Origin: Trichomonas gallinae
Lineage: Eukaryota
Length of the DNA stretch: 34,977 nt
Assembly: GCA_008369845.1 (NCBI GenBank)
Contig: MRSU01003482.1
Coordinates: forward strand, 1-34,977
Reading direction: 5' to 3'
A program made the translations under genes and the position numbers. The notes under the pieces were generated by a model, which made no database searches, had not been told where the DNA came from, and saw only the letters and a program-made list of their open reading frames with translations. Numbering within the stretch: position 1 is the first letter of the stretch; the number at the start of each line of letters is the position of its first letter. This document shows, piece after piece, positions 29,427-34,977 of the stretch.

Positions 29427-29767
29427 TTGTAAAGTGTCAAAATGACAAGCGTTAATTTGGCATTTATCAACAGAACAGCTTTGATTTGGGCTTCAAATAA
29501 TGGTCATTATGAAGTTGTCAAACTCCTTCTCACAGTTCCTGACATAGATAAAAATATATTTTTAGTAATTTGAAAGCTGATATATCTCTGGAAATACTGT
29601 TTGAAAGCATTGGATGCATTCACATTCAGTATTTACCATCAAAAAACACTCCACATATGTCAACTGCAATAGTTTTAAATGAAATAAGCAGAGATTATTC
29701 ATACTATTCTAATTTTGCGCTGTTGGAGATGTATTTAACCTTAATTTGTAAAGTGTCAAAATGTCAA
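29427..29767 (+). repeat. 22-bp direct repeat pair
   Basis: ttgtaaagtgtcaaaatgacaa (29427-29448) and ttgtaaagtgtcaaaatgtcaa (29746-29767), 21/22 identical. Confidence 0.85.
29442..29573 (+). pseudogene. 43-aa mini-ORF with a single intact ankyrin repeat
   Basis: MTSVNLAFINRTALIWASNNGHYEVVKLLLTVPDIDKNIFLVI*. Confidence 0.65.
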
Positions 29768-29800
29768 ATCAATTGATGCATCAAAAATAAAAAGTGACAA

Positions 29801-32023
29801 ATGGATAGTGAACTTGAAAATGTTGTTTGGCAAATGAGTCCAAATCTTAAACATGGGACTGCGAAAATCATATCCTGCCAAGTTGTGCACTGGGTGAACC
29901 AGAATAACTGCACTCAGGACAGGATTTTCGTTGTGGCCACCAACGGCATCTTTTTAGGAAGGAAAAAGTCATTGAGTTCTATTGAATTGACATCAGAAAT
30001 ATCTTATTTCGATCTTATGTCGATCAGCGTAGGCGGAACGCTCTGCACATTCAGTAGTAATAGCGACTCCATCAGAATTCGTTCAGAAAATATCGAAAAT
30101 ATAGCATATTTAGTTTACTTCGTTCGACAAGCTCAGTTTTCAACAAGTGTTTTGCCAATAAACCTCAATTTCCAAAATGCAGGTTCATTTAACATGAAAG
30201 ATACAGCAAAATCATACAAATCAAGACACGTATTTGCTGATAGGATTGGCTCGTGCGCGCTGCATTACAAACTTGAACTTTTCGCTGATGAAATGGATGT
30301 ATTTTATAATTCCGAATCACTTCCGCATAACACATTCGAAATAGATCCACTGATCAGCAGCTTCACTCTAATACGTCCCTTAGCTTTGGCGTTGACTTTT
30401 GAACAAGATTTACGAACTTTTATTATTAATCATTGCAATGTTGCCAATATTTTTGGACTTTGCTATTCTATATTCGTTTGCAACAAGTTTCTCGATAATA
30501 TAGTCTTCAAACAATGCGATTTTACGAATGCATCAAACGTTTTAAATCAATTATTCGATAAAGCAACATTTTTGCCTTCACATTGGACATTTGAAGGCTG
30601 TGATTGTTCATCTTCATCATTTACATCGTTTTTTGAGAAATTAACAGAACATTCTAAGAAAATTAAATCATTAGCCTTTATCGACTCAAAGCACAGCTCA
30701 CAAAGTCTTATGACTATATTCCAGACGATTTTATTCAATGATTGCTTCCATAGTCTCGAAAAATTCGAAATTCAAAAAATTGACGACGTAAAAGATTTTC
30801 ACATCATGATAAACAGCATAGCATCATCATCCTGGGCCTTGACATCCAAATGCATTAAAAGAATTCAAGTTTCAAATTCGAATCAAAATATTTCTAAATT
30901 ATTCGAAAACATTGTTTCAATGGATATCGGCTTAACAGAAGTTTGCTTGTCAAACAACAAGTTCTTGGACACACTCGAATTCCACAGAGAGGGAGCAGAC
31001 ATCGGTTTTTTGGATTTGTCAAATTGCGTTTTTTCAGTAGATGCCATTTTGTCATTATTCAATGCTTTATATGAAGGAAAAGTGAAAATTACTGGCTTGG
31101 ATTTATCCAATATCACTATAGAAAACGACAGTTTAACTGATGTTTTAAGTTACATGGCTATGATGAAGCAGCACTTTAAGTCAATAGAAAGGTTCTTTTT
31201 CGACAAAAACAAAATGAATTCGAAGCAGACAAATCTGTTTGCAACGTTTTTGAGGAACAACTCGCAATTAAGATCATTATCTTTGAACCAGTCAATTGAT
31301 ATCTCTGACACTTCATCGTCTTTTCGCTCAATCTGTGTTGCAATCAGCCAGCTATCTTTGGACGGACTTTTCATACGCGGCGGCAAAAGAATTAAGTATG
31401 CCTATGGACCACTTTTGACACCCGTCTTGAGATATTTGGCTGTCAGAAAGACGATAAAAGTTTTGGATATAACGAACCAAAGGATTGGGGATGATGGATT
31501 AAACACTTTGATGCAGTTCTTACAGAAAGGTTCACAGCTAATTTCGTTGAAATTTGACGGCTGCTGTTCAGGAAGCTTCAACAAAATTTCCACTTTTTGC
31601 CAAAGGGTTATTGCATCAAAACTTGTCTTTGCTTCATGGCCATCCATGGAGTTCGAACGACATTATAACCTAATTCCACGCGATTCAGGAGAGAAGCCGA
31701 CTATCGCAGCTGAGATAGAGATGCTCAAGTCTACATATGTCGAAAGGTTCGGATATTTATGCGTTGAAACAGAATCCACGAAGATGATATTCAACCAAGA
31801 GAGAATCAGAGACTACAAACCGACTAAAGATAACAATATGACAAGATCAGCTTCTTCAATGGAAATCGACAAGAGTCAACTTTATTTGGAGAAATTCGAA
31901 AAATACGGAATTACAAAACGAGATGATGAGATAGTTGAGATTCTGAGTGAATGTGTAGGAAACGCTTACACAGATCCTGTCATCACAATGCTTGGAAACT
32001 TCCACAAAACTTATAACCTTTAA
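29801..32023 (+). CDS. CARMIL-like leucine-rich repeat protein (N-terminal PH-like domain plus RI-type LRRs)
   Basis: N-terminal DRIFVVATNGIFL..EISYFDL (PH-like), then LRRs (FLDLSNC, GLDLSNI, LRSLSLN, KVLDITNQRIGDDGL, ISLKFDG). Confidence 0.75.
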   Translation: MDSELENVVWQMSPNLKHGTAKIISCQVVHWVNQNNCTQDRIFVVATNGIFLGRKKSLSSIELTSEISYFDLMSISVGGTLCTFSSNSDSIRIRSENIENIAYLVYFVRQAQFSTSVLPINLNFQNAGSFNMKDTAKSYKSRHVFADRIGSCALHYKLELFADEMDVFYNSESLPHNTFEIDPLISSFTLIRPLALALTFEQDLRTFIINHCNVANIFGLCYSIFVCNKFLDNIVFKQCDFTNASNVLNQLFDKATFLPSHWTFEGCDCSSSSFTSFFEKLTEHSKKIKSLAFIDSKHSSQSLMTIFQTILFNDCFHSLEKFEIQKIDDVKDFHIMINSIASSSWALTSKCIKRIQVSNSNQNISKLFENIVSMDIGLTEVCLSNNKFLDTLEFHREGADIGFLDLSNCVFSVDAILSLFNALYEGKVKITGLDLSNITIENDSLTDVLSYMAMMKQHFKSIERFFFDKNKMNSKQTNLFATFLRNNSQLRSLSLNQSIDISDTSSSFRSICVAISQLSLDGLFIRGGKRIKYAYGPLLTPVLRYLAVRKTIKVLDITNQRIGDDGLNTLMQFLQKGSQLISLKFDGCCSGSFNKISTFCQRVIASKLVFASWPSMEFERHYNLIPRDSGEKPTIAAEIEMLKSTYVERFGYLCVETESTKMIFNQERIRDYKPTKDNNMTRSASSMEIDKSQLYLEKFEKYGITKRDDEIVEILSECVGNAYTDPVITMLGNFHKTYNL

Positions 32024-32407
32024 AAGATTCGTGTATGATTCATTTATATCATTCACATGTTTGCTATTGTAAATATTTATATTTTATCATATTTGATTTG
32101 AAGATTTATTTTTAACAAAATAATGTAATAAACTCGATTAAATCCCATCATTTGATCATTTTAATAACAATATTCTTGAAGACATTGTCTTTAATTTCTA
32201 TATGTATTTTATTTTGAATGCAAATATTGAGTTGATGAAAAAGTAAAACCATGTATTATACCAATTAAATGATTCAAAATCGTGAAAGATGAACTATTCT
32301 CAATGAATCTTTTATAAAGTGTAAAAAAATCCGTTCTAAATCAACATAAATTTAGATTAGTTTTACTAAATAAATAACATTTTATTCTCTCTATATATAT
32401 TCAAAAC

Positions 32408-34391
32408 TTAACAAAATAGTAAGAACCTCCATTTTCTTTTCCTAATAAAGAAATAGATATCAACAGCACTAAGAACAATAAAAACGAGTACTGAGATGAC
32501 TATTCGTGCAATACCACCCCCGCCGAGACAATCAACAACTTTTTTGACAAAAAGGTTTGATGTTTTTTGGAAGTTCTCGAATAGAATTTCATGAACCACT
32601 ACTGGCGAGATATAGTTTTGATGCTTGTCAAACATGTGAACATAGAGAGTTGTATTTCCGCTAATTGGAACCTCAAAATCATAAGGAAACATAATGCTAA
32701 TAGAAATTACCACTGTGTTATTAGATTCTTCATTTGCTGCTTTATATTCAGTAACATCAAATGATTTTGTGAATATTAGATTTTCACCGCCAAACTTGTA
32801 TCCAAACTTAATGTTTTTCTCCCAGTCATCCATTAAGTTAGATAATTTCAACGTAAGTTTGATTATATCATCCTTTTTATATTTGACAACTTGTGTTGAA
32901 TTTTGAGCAGCATGTCCAAGCTTTGAATCTAAAACTAACACAGTTTTTCTTAATAATACTGGTGATTCTGTTGTAACAATGCATGATTGTTTTGCTTCAT
33001 CTGTCAATTTCAATTTGATGAACTTTTTTCCTCCATTTTTCTCACTTTCTGGGACAGTAATATTGCATAATAACAACACAGAATTAGAAATTCGAACCGG
33101 CATCAATGGCCTTTCATGTGATTCGATCCAGTTAACGACTTCATCTTCTTTGTGATCGATAAATGCATAAAGAATCTCTGCGTTGTTTATATCATAGAAC
33201 CTATCAATTGTTACTTGAAGGTTAATAACATCGTCTACAATGTAACTTGCATTTTCGGAAAAATCAACCACGTCGGTGATTATAGGTGAAGGGTGAATTT
33301 CTGCATCAGTTAATGCTGAAACAATCTTCGTATTTCCTTGATAAGCAGCAACATAAATATAAAGGACTTCTGTTTCTTGTTCTCCGTATTCAAAGGAAAG
33401 CCTGTCATTTATTAGCGATTCATCGCCGTAGTAATTTTTTTCATCAAAACTAAACTTGAATTTCATTGACTTCAATTCTGCTGAAACTTCACAATATAAA
33501 TTTATTTTTCCACGATACTTTAAGTGCATATTTCCTTCAACTTTGCATTCTAATATTGGTTTATCGACAACATTAATATCGAATGGTAAAACCTGAGAGC
33601 GCTCTGCAATCTCAGTTAATACCTGGAAACATAGTTGATGGACGCCATTATTTGTGCTTAAAGGAACAGTAAACTCAAATCTGAACTCTGTTGAATTTTC
33701 TGCGTGTCTATATAATCTCACACATTCATAGGTTGATGTCAGCTCAACAAGAATTCCGTCAGCAAATCGAACTAAACCTTGTAATTTTGACACTGTTGGT
33801 TTGGTGATTGTGACTTTGAACTCCAATGTATCTCCTCTGTAGATTCTTGCTGGTGGATCAACTAAAGCCAGATTCGCAACAACAGGAGATGAAATCAAAA
33901 ACAATTGAATGCTTGTTTTCTCGATGATAATATTTTCATAAGAAATTAAAGCTAGAGATATTTCATTAGTTTCAACTGTGTTTTCATGAAAATCACATGT
34001 TAGTATTTGACTTTCTTTGTCATAAACACAGTTAATGTTATAGTCGGAAATATTTTCTGTTCTTTTTCCAACTTTTGCTTTGATTTTTGAATAAAAACTG
34101 TCTGCAACTATGCATTTTGACTTCTTTACTATTCACTGAAAAATGATTCTTTTCATGGAATATGGAACATTCAAACTTGCTAGTTAAAACAGTATATTTT
34201 TCTTTCGTTGAAGCAAATTCTGATTTGTGAGAAGCTGAATCTTCTAATAGAGCAATTAATATGTTGTTTTTTGCATCAAGATTTCCTTGAAATAGAGATT
34301 TTAGATTGTATGACGTCTGGCATTCTTCTCTAAGGGTACAATTCACTGCAGTTTCCTTAACAGATCTTACTCCCAACAAAAAAGCCAACAT
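32408..34391 (-). pseudogene. Type I membrane surface protein (~660 aa) split by one +1 frameshift
   Basis: ORF 34391-34038 carries the signal peptide (MLAFLLG...). Removing one base near the A4 run at 34115-34118 gives EVK-CIVADSFYSK...KTSIQLFLISS, continuous with ORF 33904-32408, which has beta-sandwich-like segments, a C-terminal TM and a basic tail. Confidence 0.75.
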
Positions 34392-34767
34392 TTTCCATAA
34401 AAATCTGTCCTATTTTTTTTTTAGTGGATTCTTCGATCATAAAGGCTCATAAATCGAGATTTTGGCAATTTAATTAGAGGTGTGGTAACAAGTGCCATCG
34501 AGAAATTATTTTCACTTTTCTATCGTCGTTTTCGATCAAGTTGTTAGGCATCAGACACATTGAAAATTATTCAATGATTATTTTCAACTCAAATTAAAGA
34601 GTATTCAAATTGATAGAGGTGTAGCAATCCTCTAAAATCCGTATTTTTACCTCGAACTTTCCCAAATTTTGAATGTTGTGAGGATTATGCCCTCAAAAAT
34701 AATAACAAAGATTTTCGGCTCTTTTTTCATTTTAAATTTAAAAAAAATATATTAGGAAATGTTAACT

Positions 34768-34792
34768 TACTCGGACAGCTATCGTCCGAGTA
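34768..34792. repeat. Perfect 9-bp stem hairpin
   Basis: tactcggac-agctatc-gtccgagta in an AT-rich background. Confidence 0.8.
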
Positions 34793-34977
34793 TTCACAAG
34801 CATAGAAATTTCCAAAGATCTTGTGGTACAAAATACAGTAGTATTGTCAAAATCTATTTGGAATTCAATGATTTAAATTTTTTTTTGTGATTTTTTCTAT
34901 AGAAGTGTTTCAACTCGCTTTCTGGCTTTGTAATAGGATTTGAGATCTCAAAGTTATAAAGTATCATTTTTATGTCC

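Noticed and set aside
32933..32943. ACTAACACAG resembling an intron 3' motif
   Set aside because: It is antisense to a CDS, an incomplete match, and has no paired 5' splice site.
34102..34129. 28-nt GT...AG segment near the surface-gene frameshift with a frame-restoring length
   Set aside because: It lacks the trichomonad branch-point/3' consensus (ACTAACACACAG or TCTAAC..AACAG) and a consensus 5' splice site.

Overview
AT-rich, gene-dense eukaryotic DNA with no recognisable introns, most likely Trichomonas vaginalis or a close parabasalid. This is inferred from very short 5' UTRs with TCAYT initiator elements, AAAGTGAC motifs, TAA stops inside TAAA poly(A) signals, a DUF3447-ankyrin gene and a 7TM-RGS gene. 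About 17 intact CDSs are present: 7TM-RGS, a multipass membrane protein, a DRC9/IQCG-like protein, a PAP2-like protein, an ankyrin protein, Las1, a Cys-rich surface protein, PME-1, a small secreted protein, calmodulin, a divergent eIF4G-like protein, CCT7, an acidic hypothetical protein, an ATG18/WIPI-like protein, a coiled-coil WD40 protein, a helical hypothetical protein and a CARMIL-like LRR protein. There is also one frameshifted surface-protein gene, a GT61 pseudogene and several intergenic relics, mostly ankyrin. The best unexplained signals are clustered TTTACRTG(T/G/A)CA promoter arrays, an 86-nt hairpin at 7355-7440, a single-ankyrin mini-ORF bracketed by 22-bp direct repeats, a probable ATA start codon and a Helitron-end-like hairpin. 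All family calls come from motif recognition by eye; no searches were run.
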